Positions 30,739 to 39,413 of a stretch of 64,000 nt of DNA are shown one piece after another. Within the stretch, counting starts at the first letter, position 1, and every line of letters starts with the position of its first letter. The notes under the pieces are model-generated. The model saw only the letters and a list, made by a program, of their open reading frames with translations, did not search any database and was not told where the DNA came from. Source of the DNA: Planctomycetota bacterium (GTDB lineage Bacteria; Planctomycetota; B15-G4; JADJEK01); NCBI GenBank assembly GCA_052034255.1, contig JBPOIU010000031.1, positions 20,355-84,354 of the forward strand, read 5' to 3'. A program made the position numbers and the translations under genes.

Positions 30739-31476
30739 TCACGCTCCCGACGGCGAGTGCAGGGCCGCGGCGAGCGCGAAGGCTCGCGGGAACAGCACGT
30801 TGTTCTCTTCGTGCATGTGTTCGAGCAGATCGGCTTCCATCGCGCGCAGCCCATCGACCCAGGCCCGCCAGGTCGCGCAGGCGTCGCTCGGCGCGCGGTA
30901 GCCGTTCGTCCCGCGGCGGAAGCGGTGGATCGCGTCGCCGGCGCGTTCGTGCTCGTAGCGCATCGCGGCGATCGGCCCGTCGATGCCGCAGTGGTGGATC
31001 CGACCGCCGCCGCGCGCGAGTCCCGCGATGGTCGGGAACAACACGATCTCCTCCTTCTGCATGTGCAGTTCGAGTTCGATCGCGAACTCCCGGAACTCGT
31101 TCTTCAGTTCGATGGTCTCCGGATGGCGCGCGCCGTGCGCGGCGGCGACCTTGTCCGCGAGCGCCGCGAGGCGCGGGAGTTCGCGACGCAGATAGGCGTG
31201 ATGCTGATCCAACACGTGCGTCAGCAGAGCCTCCGTCGTCGCGCGCGCGGCGTCGAACGTCGCGGGGACGGGGGTGTCGGCGTCGAGACGGCGCAACGCA
31301 TCGAGAACGACCGAAGGGTCGAGTTTCGCCTCGGCACAGGCCTCGGCCAGCGTCCGCCCACCGCCGCAACAGGCGTCGAGTCCGAACTCCATGAGGACGT
31401 GGAGTCGGTCGGAGCGCTCGAGGGCGAGGTCGCGCAGCGTGCGCGAGACCGAAGTCGAAGGAAGGTCACGATCCAT
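30739..31476 (-). CDS. ric: Iron-sulfur cluster repair di-iron protein (Ric/YtfE)
   Basis: DACCGG (ScdA N-terminal motif), QHHAYLR, HMQKEE..LFP, MRYEH, HMHEENNVLFP. Confidence 0.95.
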   Translation of the reverse strand: MDRDLPSTSVSRTLRDLALERSDRLHVLMEFGLDACCGGGRTLAEACAEAKLDPSVVLDALRRLDADTPVPATFDAARATTEALLTHVLDQHHAYLRRELPRLAALADKVAAAHGARHPETIELKNEFREFAIELELHMQKEEIVLFPTIAGLARGGGRIHHCGIDGPIAAMRYEHERAGDAIHRFRRGTNGYRAPSDACATWRAWVDGLRAMEADLLEHMHEENNVLFPRAFALAAALHSPSGA

Positions 31477-31522
31477 GGTTGCCTCCGCGGATGAATGAGC
31501 TTCGGCTCGTTGTGTCCCGAAG

Positions 31523-31553
31523 GTATTCGTAAATCACGGATTTCGAATACATC
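31523..31553. promoter_or_regulatory. AT-rich palindromic operator upstream of ric (Rrf2/NsrR-like half site ATACATCTT)
   Basis: gtattcg-t-aaatc-acg-gattt-cgaatac followed by atctt, in the divergent ric/recQ gap. Confidence 0.5.
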
Positions 31554-31647
31554 TTTGCGTGCGGCATGCGGCCGCGCGTGGCGGCCTGTCGCGGAGCACG
31601 GGCCCGGCGTTGAGGCCGGGGCCGGTCGGGGCAAGAATGGAGGATCC

Positions 31648-33375
31648 ATGGACGACACGGACGATCCCCTCCTCGCGGCGCTCGAGCGCCATTTCGGTCA
31701 CACGGCGTTCGTCGGTTGCCAACGCGCCGTCGTCGAACACGTGCTGGCCGGAAGGGATGCGGTCGTGCTGATGCCGACCGGTTCGGGGAAGTCGATCTGC
31801 TACCAACTGCCCGCGATGCTGCAAGCCGGCGTGACGGTGGTGTTGTCGCCGCTGATCGCGTTGATGCAGGATCAGGTCGAGAAGCTCACTCGGCGCGGCT
31901 TGCCGGCGACGTTCATCAATTCCGCGCTGTCGCGAGACGAGCGCGAACGACGCGTCGCGGCGCTCGCGCGCGGGGACTTCAAGCTCGTCTACGTGACTCC
32001 CGAGCGCTTCCGCAGTGACGCCTTCAGAGCGGCGCTGCTGCCGCAGCGCATCGCGTTGTTGGCGGTCGACGAGGCGCATTGCGTGTCGGCGTGGGGGCAC
32101 GATTTCCGGCCGGAGTACGGCAAGGTCGGCGAGATCCGGGCCGCACTGGGCGATCCGCCGACGCTCGCACTGACCGCGACCGCGACGCCGCGCACGCAGG
32201 AGTCGATCAAGGACACGCTGCGCATCCCGCAGGCACGGACGTTCTCGCTCGGCATCGAGCGCGCGAATCTCCGCGTGTTCGTGCGCGAGATCCACGGCGC
32301 CGACGAACGCGTCGCGCGCATCGCGGAGATCGCCACCACGCTGCGCGGTCCAGGCATCGTCTACATGGCGCTGATCCAAGAGCTGCAGCGCACCCAGGAG
32401 CGACTGCACGCGCTCGGCATCGAGGCGGACGTCTACCACGGCGACTTGTCGGCGTCGGAGCGACGGCGGGTGCTGCGGCGCTTCCTCGACGCTCGCGATG
32501 GTTTGCTGCTCGCGACCAACGCATTCGGGCTGGGTGTCGACAAGCCCGACATCCGCTACATCGTCCACGGTCAGGTGCCGGGCAGCGTCGAGGCGTACAC
32601 GCAGGAGATCGGTCGCGCTGGCCGCGACGGCGCGCTCAGCGCATGCGAGCTGCTGTACGACGTCGAGGACGTCGCCGTGCAGCAGCGCTTCGTCGAATGG
32701 GCGAACCCCGACGCGGAGTTCCTCCGCCGTGTGGTGGCGCAGTTGCTGGCGTGGGGCGACACGCTGCATGCGCGCGAGGCCGACGATCTGCGCGACGCGT
32801 TGCTGGTCAAGGCCCGCGGTGATGGTCGGGTCGAGACCGCCATCGCGTTGCTGCGCGCGGAGCGCATCGTCGACGGGACGTTCGAAGACCATTCACTGCG
32901 CGTGGTGCGGCCGCTGGCACCCGGGGAAGAAACCCGGATCGTCCCCGCGGGCAAGCGCGAGCGTGACCTGTCGCGACTGCTCGACGTCGTGCGCTTCGTG
33001 CGCGATGCCGGTTGTCGCAAGCGCGCGATCCACGCGTATTTCGGATTCGAGTCCGCGCCGGACTGGCGCTGCGACGCGTGCGATCTGTGCTGCGGAGCGG
33101 AGGCTTTCGCGGCAGGCATGGAGCGGCGTGGTGCGCACCAGTGCGGCGCGACCACGTTGCCCGCCGTCCCCGGAGCGGGTGCGGCACCGCCTGCCGCGCC
33201 GGTCGCGGTCGGGGATTGGTTGCGGATCGACGATCGGCACACGGTGGTCGTGACCAAGGTGGACACCGACGCGCGTGGCGTCCGGATCGAAGCGCAGAGC
33301 GCCGGCGATTTTCGCTTTCGCCGCTATGACCTGACTCGCGTGCGGTGGCAGTTCGTGCCGCGCGACGCCCCCTGA
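31648..33375 (+). CDS. recQ: RecQ-family ATP-dependent DNA helicase
   Basis: MPTGSGKSICYQLPA, YVTPERF, VDEAHCVSAWGHDFRPEY, ATNAFGLGVDKPDIR, QEIGRAGRDG, Zn site CRKR...CDACDLC. Confidence 0.93.
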   Translation: MDDTDDPLLAALERHFGHTAFVGCQRAVVEHVLAGRDAVVLMPTGSGKSICYQLPAMLQAGVTVVLSPLIALMQDQVEKLTRRGLPATFINSALSRDERERRVAALARGDFKLVYVTPERFRSDAFRAALLPQRIALLAVDEAHCVSAWGHDFRPEYGKVGEIRAALGDPPTLALTATATPRTQESIKDTLRIPQARTFSLGIERANLRVFVREIHGADERVARIAEIATTLRGPGIVYMALIQELQRTQERLHALGIEADVYHGDLSASERRRVLRRFLDARDGLLLATNAFGLGVDKPDIRYIVHGQVPGSVEAYTQEIGRAGRDGALSACELLYDVEDVAVQQRFVEWANPDAEFLRRVVAQLLAWGDTLHAREADDLRDALLVKARGDGRVETAIALLRAERIVDGTFEDHSLRVVRPLAPGEETRIVPAGKRERDLSRLLDVVRFVRDAGCRKRAIHAYFGFESAPDWRCDACDLCCGAEAFAAGMERRGAHQCGATTLPAVPGAGAAPPAAPVAVGDWLRIDDRHTVVVTKVDTDARGVRIEAQSAGDFRFRRYDLTRVRWQFVPRDAP

Positions 33376-33552
33376 ACCCGGCGTCGACTCGCGCCCTGCT
33401 TGGGCCTGTTCGACTCGACCGGCGGTGACACCAGCAGGCCGTATCACTGACGGAACTGCGTTCCACGCCGCAACTTCGGCCGCTCGAAGCGTGTCATCCG
33501 GAAAGATCCCGCAGAAACTTGGCGGACGGCTTCCGGAACTACCGTTTCAGCC

Positions 33553-33834
33553 GGTGCGGATTCGAATCGAGTGCTCTGAACCCGTCCAGCAGCGGGTGCC
33601 CAGCGGGAGCCCAATGGGAACCCACCGGGTGCTCAACGGGTTTGTAGTGGAACTCCGGGAATCGATGCTGTGTGGGGGGTATGGAGAGTCCGGGGGGACT
33701 CTCGAGGCGTCGGGTTCGGAGCACTCCCCTTTCGGTCCGCACGAGGAACTCCGGGGCGTGACTTCGGTCGCGCAAGAGCAGTGGGATTTGAGTTTTCCAG
33801 CCGAGCGGGCGCACGTCCGCTCGGCTGGTTTTTT
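33553..33834 (+). ncRNA. Candidate structured small RNA (about 190-nt rod plus UUCG hairpin; 6S-like size)
   Basis: 33569-33584 pairs with 33711-33726 (16 bp, one G-U); 33554-33560 with 33736-33742; hairpin 33684-33703; C(UUCG)G hairpin 33756-33773; TAnnnT at 33540. Confidence 0.5.
33797..33834 (+). terminator. Intrinsic terminator
   Basis: ccagccgagcgg / ccgctcggctgg 12-bp stem followed by TTTTTT. Confidence 0.85.
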
Positions 33835-33880
33835 CGTTTCGCGCAATTCCCAGCGTGTCGCGCGCCGGTGGTTCGCGCGA

Positions 33881-36646
33881 TCAGGTCTTGTAGGCCGAGT
33901 CCGCCGGACGCACGGCGCGGGCGAAGTGCAGCGGTCGGCGCAATCCGCCCGGACCCGGAGCGGGCCGCGCTTTCGCCAACCACTCGCGGTAGATCTGCAT
34001 CGACTTCGATGGATCGACTTCGATGTCGCCGTAGCGGTCGCCGGGCTTCGCCTTCTCGACCGTGACCTTCTGATGCCAGCAGTGCATGCCGGACACGGGA
34101 TCGGGTTGCACCGGGAACGTCGCGTTCTGGTGCACGCCACCATCGGTCCACCAGACGCGCTTGCTGTCGGGGTCCTTCGAATCGAACGGGCCGACGTCCG
34201 CCAGGCGCGTGAACTTGACGACGCCGTTGCCGGTCTGTTCGCGCTTCACGAGCGCGGATGCCCAACGATCCGTGCCGACTTCGTCGAACAGACGCCAGCG
34301 CCCCAAGTGGTGCGAGCACGCGACCACACCCGGCCGAATCCCCTCCGTCACCCACGCCTTGTTCACGAAGTAGCCGATACGCGTCGTCACGCGCACGAGA
34401 TCGCCGGTCTTCACGCCGACCCGCTCGGCGTCCTTGCGATGGATCCACACCGGATTCGTGTTCGAGAGTTCGACGAGCCACTTCGCATTCGCCGAGCGGG
34501 TGTGGATCAGCGTCGGCAATCGAAACGTCGGCACCAGCGCGAACTCACCGGCTCCTGAGTTCAAGTGGGCGCGATGCACGTGACTGCGGAGGTAGGTCGG
34601 CGTCGCGTATTCGGGCCAGCCCCAATCCGCGAGCGTCGGTGAGAACACTTCGAGGCGTCGCGACGGCGTGTTGAAGCCGGCCACGGGCTTCCCGTCGAGC
34701 AACACGCCGACGGTCTTGCCGCCCTTCGTCACGTCGCCGGTTTCGGTCGACACGTCGCATCCATCCAGCGCGATCGGCTTCTCGTGGGCGTTCCACGTGT
34801 CGCGCTCGATCTCGAACGCGCCGTAGCGGCGCATGTATTCGAGCGGCGTCAGGCCGACCTTCTGCGCGGCCGCCGGCAGGCCCGGCACCGAGTTCTCGAA
34901 CATCCAGCGGTAGTACTCGTGGATCGTGATCTTCTCGTTCTTGCGATACGGCGATTCGAAGTACTTGCGGATGCCGAGCGAGCCGTCGGGGTCGATCGCC
35001 CACGACAACTCGATCCAGAACTCGTCCTCTTCCCAGACCTCACCGGGGTTCGTTTCACGCGTCGTGTCGACGCGCTTGCCCTGACGTTCGAGGTAGGCGC
35101 GCACGACCGGCTGGCGGAAGCTGATCCACTTGCTCGAGTGGGTTTCCTGACTCATCACGTCGTGGCGCTCGGGCCCGAGCCCCATCGGCAGCACGTAGTC
35201 GGCGTATTGCGCGGTCTCGCTCCACACCGGCGTCAACGCGGCGTGCAGCTCGATCAACGACTCGTCCTTCAGCACCTGTTCCCACAACATGCCGTCGGGG
35301 TTCGTCCAGACCGGGTTGTAGACCCGCGTGAAGTACGCGGCGAGCTTGCCGCGACCTTCGAGCAAGAAGTGGGGCAGCAGGTACGACAGCTCGTGATGCG
35401 AGAGTGGCCACTCCTTCGGATAGAGCAGTTCGCTCCACACTTGCTGCGGCGATGGCTTCAGGAACGGCGCCGCGACGAACTTGTCCGACGTGTTGCAGTT
35501 CGTGCCGCCCTTGGCGTTGATCGCTCCGACCAACGTCGACACGAATGCCAGGCAGCGCGCGACCGCCCAGCCACCTTCGTTGCCGGACGCGGCGTTGCGC
35601 CAAACGTGCGATGCGAACGCCGACCCCGCGGCGCCGATCTCGCGCGCCACCGCGAGGATCGTGCCGCGCGGCACGCCGCATTCGGATTCCGCGGCATCGG
35701 GCGTGTACACGGCGTACTCCGCCTTCAGCGCATCGATGAACGCGTCGAACGTCGGCGCCTTGTCCGGGGCTTTGGCCGCGAGGTACGCGCGCCAGTTCGT
35801 CCACTGCCGCAGGTAGTCGCGGTCGATGCGATCTTCCGCGAGCAGCACGTGCGCGAACGACAGCAACAGGAACGCCTCGGTGCCCGGATGGGGCGCGAGC
35901 CAATAGTCGCCGACCGACGCCGTGTTCGACAGACGCACGTCGATCACCGCGATCTTCGCACCCTTCATCTTGCCGTCGATGATGCGCTGCGCGTGCGGGT
36001 TGAAGTAGTGGCCGGTCTCGAGGTGGCTCGAGAGCAGCAACATGAACTTCGCGTTCTCGTGATCCGGCGACGGACGGTCGGCGCCCATCGTGGTCGCGTA
36101 CCCGAGGCGCGCCGCGGCCGAACACACGTTCGTGTGGGAGTTGTGGCCGTCGACGCCCCAGCTTTGCAGCACGCGGTCCATGTAGCCGTCGTGCCCAGGG
36201 CGACCGACGTGATACATGACCTCGGTCTTGCGTCCGGCGGTCAATGCGTTGCGGATCTTCGTCGAGAAGACCTCGATCACTTCCTGCCACGAGCACGGCT
36301 CGAACTTGCCGCTGCCGCGCGGTCCGACGCGCTTCAGCGGGAACAGGATGCGCTCGGGATCCTGGATCTGGTTCAGCGTCGCCGGACCCTTCGCGCAGTT
36401 GCGGCCGCGTGATCCCGGATGGTGCGGATTGCCTTCGAGTTTGCGGATCGACAGGTCTTCCTTGTCGACGTACGCCATCAACCCACAGGCGGCTTCGCAG
36501 TTGAAGCACGTCGTCGGCACCAGCGCGTAATGGCGTTCGACCTTCTTCGGCCACGCCTTCGGGTCGTACTCGACCCAGTCGTCCCAGCGATCCTGCGGCG
36601 GGAACGACTCGAGCGGGGTCACGGTGATCGGTGCGGGTTCTTCCAT
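33881..36646 (-). CDS. Molybdopterin (Mo-bisPGD) oxidoreductase catalytic subunit, Psr/Arr/Ttr-like, no Tat signal
   Basis: TTCFNCEAACG...NCAKG [4Fe-4S] motif; SHTNVCS putative Cys ligand; C-terminal HTRSANA and VACSHHLG molydopterin-binding domain. Confidence 0.9.
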   Translation of the reverse strand: MEEPAPITVTPLESFPPQDRWDDWVEYDPKAWPKKVERHYALVPTTCFNCEAACGLMAYVDKEDLSIRKLEGNPHHPGSRGRNCAKGPATLNQIQDPERILFPLKRVGPRGSGKFEPCSWQEVIEVFSTKIRNALTAGRKTEVMYHVGRPGHDGYMDRVLQSWGVDGHNSHTNVCSAAARLGYATTMGADRPSPDHENAKFMLLLSSHLETGHYFNPHAQRIIDGKMKGAKIAVIDVRLSNTASVGDYWLAPHPGTEAFLLLSFAHVLLAEDRIDRDYLRQWTNWRAYLAAKAPDKAPTFDAFIDALKAEYAVYTPDAAESECGVPRGTILAVAREIGAAGSAFASHVWRNAASGNEGGWAVARCLAFVSTLVGAINAKGGTNCNTSDKFVAAPFLKPSPQQVWSELLYPKEWPLSHHELSYLLPHFLLEGRGKLAAYFTRVYNPVWTNPDGMLWEQVLKDESLIELHAALTPVWSETAQYADYVLPMGLGPERHDVMSQETHSSKWISFRQPVVRAYLERQGKRVDTTRETNPGEVWEEDEFWIELSWAIDPDGSLGIRKYFESPYRKNEKITIHEYYRWMFENSVPGLPAAAQKVGLTPLEYMRRYGAFEIERDTWNAHEKPIALDGCDVSTETGDVTKGGKTVGVLLDGKPVAGFNTPSRRLEVFSPTLADWGWPEYATPTYLRSHVHRAHLNSGAGEFALVPTFRLPTLIHTRSANAKWLVELSNTNPVWIHRKDAERVGVKTGDLVRVTTRIGYFVNKAWVTEGIRPGVVACSHHLGRWRLFDEVGTDRWASALVKREQTGNGVVKFTRLADVGPFDSKDPDSKRVWWTDGGVHQNATFPVQPDPVSGMHCWHQKVTVEKAKPGDRYGDIEVDPSKSMQIYREWLAKARPAPGPGGLRRPLHFARAVRPADSAYKT

Positions 36647-36719
36647 CGAGGACTCTCGTTGCGATGCGGGCGAACGGAAAGACCGGCGACCACGGAACCG
36701 TGCCGGCGGGATGGAGACG

Positions 36720-38195
36720 TCACGACAACGGGGGTAATTGGCCCGCGCGCACGAATGCGTGCTCGTGGAACAACAGGCCGAGGAACGCGAGCACGAACGC
36801 GATCGGCGGCACGAAGTGCGCGCCGAGTTGAGCGGCGAACACCAGTGCCAACCCGACCGCGAATGCCGGCAGTGACCACAGGCGGACTCGACCGAGGAAG
36901 CCCGCCGCTTGTCGCGCGTTCGCCGAACGATGGGGCAGCTTCCACTCGAGCAGGGCGACCATCGTGTGGACGAAGAAGCCACACCAGCCGACCCAAGCCA
37001 GCGTCGACAGCGTGCCCGCGAACGGCACGAACGCGAGGGCGCCGAGGAAGATGGCCTGACCGAGCAATTGCGGCAACAGCAGCGAGCCTTGCCACAGATC
37101 GCGGCCTTCGCACTGCTTGAACAAGAACGCCGTGTACGCGGCCGCTAGCGCGGCGAACGGCAGGTTCACCCAGCGCAGCGTGTCCGCGAGTTGGTCCTGT
37201 CCGAGCCAGCGCAAACCGAGGATCGCGGTCGTCAGCGTCGAGAACCCGATCAGGATCCATGCGCCGCGGACCAACCAGCTCTTCGTGTTCGGGCGCGTCA
37301 GCAGCGTCAAGAACTTCAGCGGGCGCGTCAGGTCCTCGACCAGCAAGAACGTCGTGATCCCCGTGAACGCGAGCGCGAGCAATTCCGGCAGGTACGCCTG
37401 CGCGAAGCCCCCGACGCCGAGCGCCGCGAGGAACGGCGCGAGCAGCGCGGCTCCTGCGGCGACGCCTTTCGTCACCAGGTACAGCGCGACCGCGAAGCCC
37501 CATTCGACGCGGTGGCCCGCGTCGAGCACGACGCGCGTGTGGTTCTTCGGCGCGACGTCATCGCGCGTCGGCCACGCCTCGGGCTTGTGCGGCGGACGGT
37601 CGGACCACAGGTACATCGACGGGCGCTCGGCGACTCCGGGTCGCAGGATGTCGGGGTCGTGTCCGAGGTAGTGGACGTTCGGCCCGGTGTTCTGTTCGGG
37701 GCGACGCACCTCGGTCGCGAACTCCTTCGTCATGCGAGCGATCTTCGACCCTGGATCGTGCAGGTCCCCCGGCACGATCGCTTGTTCGGGGCAGACGACG
37801 ACGCACGCCGGTTCGAGACCGACCTCGATGCGATGCGCGCAGTAGTGGCACTTCTCGACGTTGCCCGAGTCCTCGTTGAGATGGATCGCGTCGTAGGGAC
37901 AGGCCTGCATGCAGGCGCGGCAACCGATGCACGCGTCCTTGTCGATGTCGACGATGCCGTCCTTGCGCTTGTCGAGAGCCGTGACCGGGCAGATCGTCAC
38001 GCACGGCGCGTTCGTGCAGTGGTTGCAGCGCAACACCCCGAAGCTGCGTTTCACTTCGGGGAACTTGCCCGATTCGACGTACTTGACCCACGTGCGGAAG
38101 TTGCCGACGGGGACTTCGTTCTCGGACTTGCAGGCCACGGTGCAGGCGTGGCAGCCGATGCACCGCCGATGATCGATCAGGAAACCGTATTGCAT
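36720..38195 (-). CDS. Fused four-cluster FeS subunit + NrfD/PsrC-type membrane anchor
   Basis: CIGCHACTVAC, CNHCTNAPCVTICP, CIGCRACMQACP, KCHYC..CVVVCP; then WGFAVALYL, EDLTRP and about 8 TM helices. Confidence 0.9.
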   Translation of the reverse strand: MQYGFLIDHRRCIGCHACTVACKSENEVPVGNFRTWVKYVESGKFPEVKRSFGVLRCNHCTNAPCVTICPVTALDKRKDGIVDIDKDACIGCRACMQACPYDAIHLNEDSGNVEKCHYCAHRIEVGLEPACVVVCPEQAIVPGDLHDPGSKIARMTKEFATEVRRPEQNTGPNVHYLGHDPDILRPGVAERPSMYLWSDRPPHKPEAWPTRDDVAPKNHTRVVLDAGHRVEWGFAVALYLVTKGVAAGAALLAPFLAALGVGGFAQAYLPELLALAFTGITTFLLVEDLTRPLKFLTLLTRPNTKSWLVRGAWILIGFSTLTTAILGLRWLGQDQLADTLRWVNLPFAALAAAYTAFLFKQCEGRDLWQGSLLLPQLLGQAIFLGALAFVPFAGTLSTLAWVGWCGFFVHTMVALLEWKLPHRSANARQAAGFLGRVRLWSLPAFAVGLALVFAAQLGAHFVPPIAFVLAFLGLLFHEHAFVRAGQLPPLS

Positions 38196-38222
38196 CGAGG
38201 ATCCCGCCGGAGTGAGGGCGGG

Positions 38223-38231
38223 ACTTTAGCA
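38223..38231 (-). promoter_or_regulatory. Extended -10 (tgcTAAAGT) for the molybdoenzyme operon
   Basis: TGnTAnnnT about 28 nt upstream of the ATG at 38195. Confidence 0.5.
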
Positions 38232-38405
38232 GACCTTCTCGACGTGCCGTTCGCCAGCGGACGAAGAAGTCCGACGGCATGCGCCCGACGCGGACGGCCG
38301 CGGTGATCGACGTCGCGGCGTGCTGCGCGGGCCGGCTGCGATCCCTCGCGAAAGGTCGGTGCTGCCCGCTGGATTCACGTCGGCGAACTCGCGAGACTTC
38401 GGGCC

Positions 38406-39209
38406 ATGCCCGCCTTCCATGCCCCCGTGCTCGCGAACCGTGAACTCCCGCCGGATGCCGCCGTACTGACGGTTGCGGTGCCCGCGCACCTGACGGTCGA
38501 GCCGTTCCAGTTCGCGATGCTGTCGATTCCGGCCGACGCGAACTTCCCGTTCCTGCCGCGGCCGTTCTCGATCTACGACGCGCGGCCGGGCGAATGGGAC
38601 TTCCTGGTCAAGCGCGTGGGCCGCGGTACCGGAGGCCTTGCCGACGCGCGTCCCGGGCAATCGGTCTACGTCGCGGGCCCGGTCGGAAACGGCATCACCG
38701 CGTTGCCGCGCGACCGCCGTCCGATCGGCGTCGCGGGTGGCGTCGGGATCGCGCCGTTCCTCGCGCTGTATCGCGAGTGGATGGCGGGGCGAGTCGATCT
38801 CGGCGCGCAACGACCGCTGTTGCTGTTCGGTGGTCGAACGCGCGACATGCTCTACGACCTCGAACGCTTCACCGCTCTGCCGATCGAGGTGCGTTGCTCG
38901 ACCGACGATGGCAGCTTCGGAGTGCAGGGCCGCGTCACGGCGCTGCTCGAACGAGCGCTCGCCGAGGGTCCTGCCGACGTCCTGTGCTGCGGTCCCGATC
39001 CGATGATGGAAGCGGTCGCGGCGGTGAGCGCGCGATCGTCCACGCCGTGTCGGCTGTCGCTCGAGACGTTCATGGCGTGCGGCTACGGCGTCTGCAACGC
39101 GTGCGCCGTGATGGTCAAGGACGACCGCTATCCGCAGGGCTACCGCTACGACCGCTGCTGCGTCGACGGCCCGGTGTTCGACGCGACGACGCTCGTCCAC
39201 GCGCATTGA
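38406..39209 (+). CDS. pyrK: Dihydroorotate dehydrogenase electron-transfer subunit
   Basis: RPFSI, GPVGNG, GGVGIAP, CGPDPMM, ETFMACGYGVCNAC...CCVDGPVF [2Fe-2S]. Confidence 0.85.
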   Translation: MPAFHAPVLANRELPPDAAVLTVAVPAHLTVEPFQFAMLSIPADANFPFLPRPFSIYDARPGEWDFLVKRVGRGTGGLADARPGQSVYVAGPVGNGITALPRDRRPIGVAGGVGIAPFLALYREWMAGRVDLGAQRPLLLFGGRTRDMLYDLERFTALPIEVRCSTDDGSFGVQGRVTALLERALAEGPADVLCCGPDPMMEAVAAVSARSSTPCRLSLETFMACGYGVCNACAVMVKDDRYPQGYRYDRCCVDGPVFDATTLVHAH

Positions 39210-39413
39210 GGTCGACGACGGGCACGCGCGCGTCGTCGCCGCGTTTGGCGCGGCCGGTTCTCGGTGATCGACGGCGAACTTCTTTTTTCTCCGTCCAATC
39301 GGGCGCGTCGCGACATGTCCCCAATCGACGGGGCTCCACTCCGAGCCCCGACCCCGCAGGTCACTGCCGCCGTAGGACTTGGTGGCGTGTGCGCCCTACC
39401 CCCGAGGTTCTCC

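Noticed and set aside
33550-33570. TTCGAATCC T-loop-like motif on the minus strand (tRNA/tmRNA?)
   Set aside because: No T-stem, acceptor stem or CCA end could be built.
33683-33707. GGAGAG...ACTCTC resembling a glycine riboswitch
   Set aside because: Lacks the CCGAAG core and internal stems, and there is no downstream gene on this strand.
33743-33757. gaggaactccggggc resembling the RNase P GAGGAAAGUCC motif
   Set aside because: Imperfect match, and the terminator follows within 50 nt, leaving no room for the rest of RNase P RNA.
33425-34558. 377-aa plus-strand ORF and 91-aa minus-strand ORF across the recQ/molybdoenzyme gap
   Set aside because: No motifs; the long ORF runs through a strong terminator and antisense into the molybdoenzyme gene. 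RNA structure explains the region better.
39276-39298. GAACTT...GTCCAA as an ECF promoter for the FG-GAP gene
   Set aside because: Only 11 nt between the elements, too short for a typical ECF promoter.
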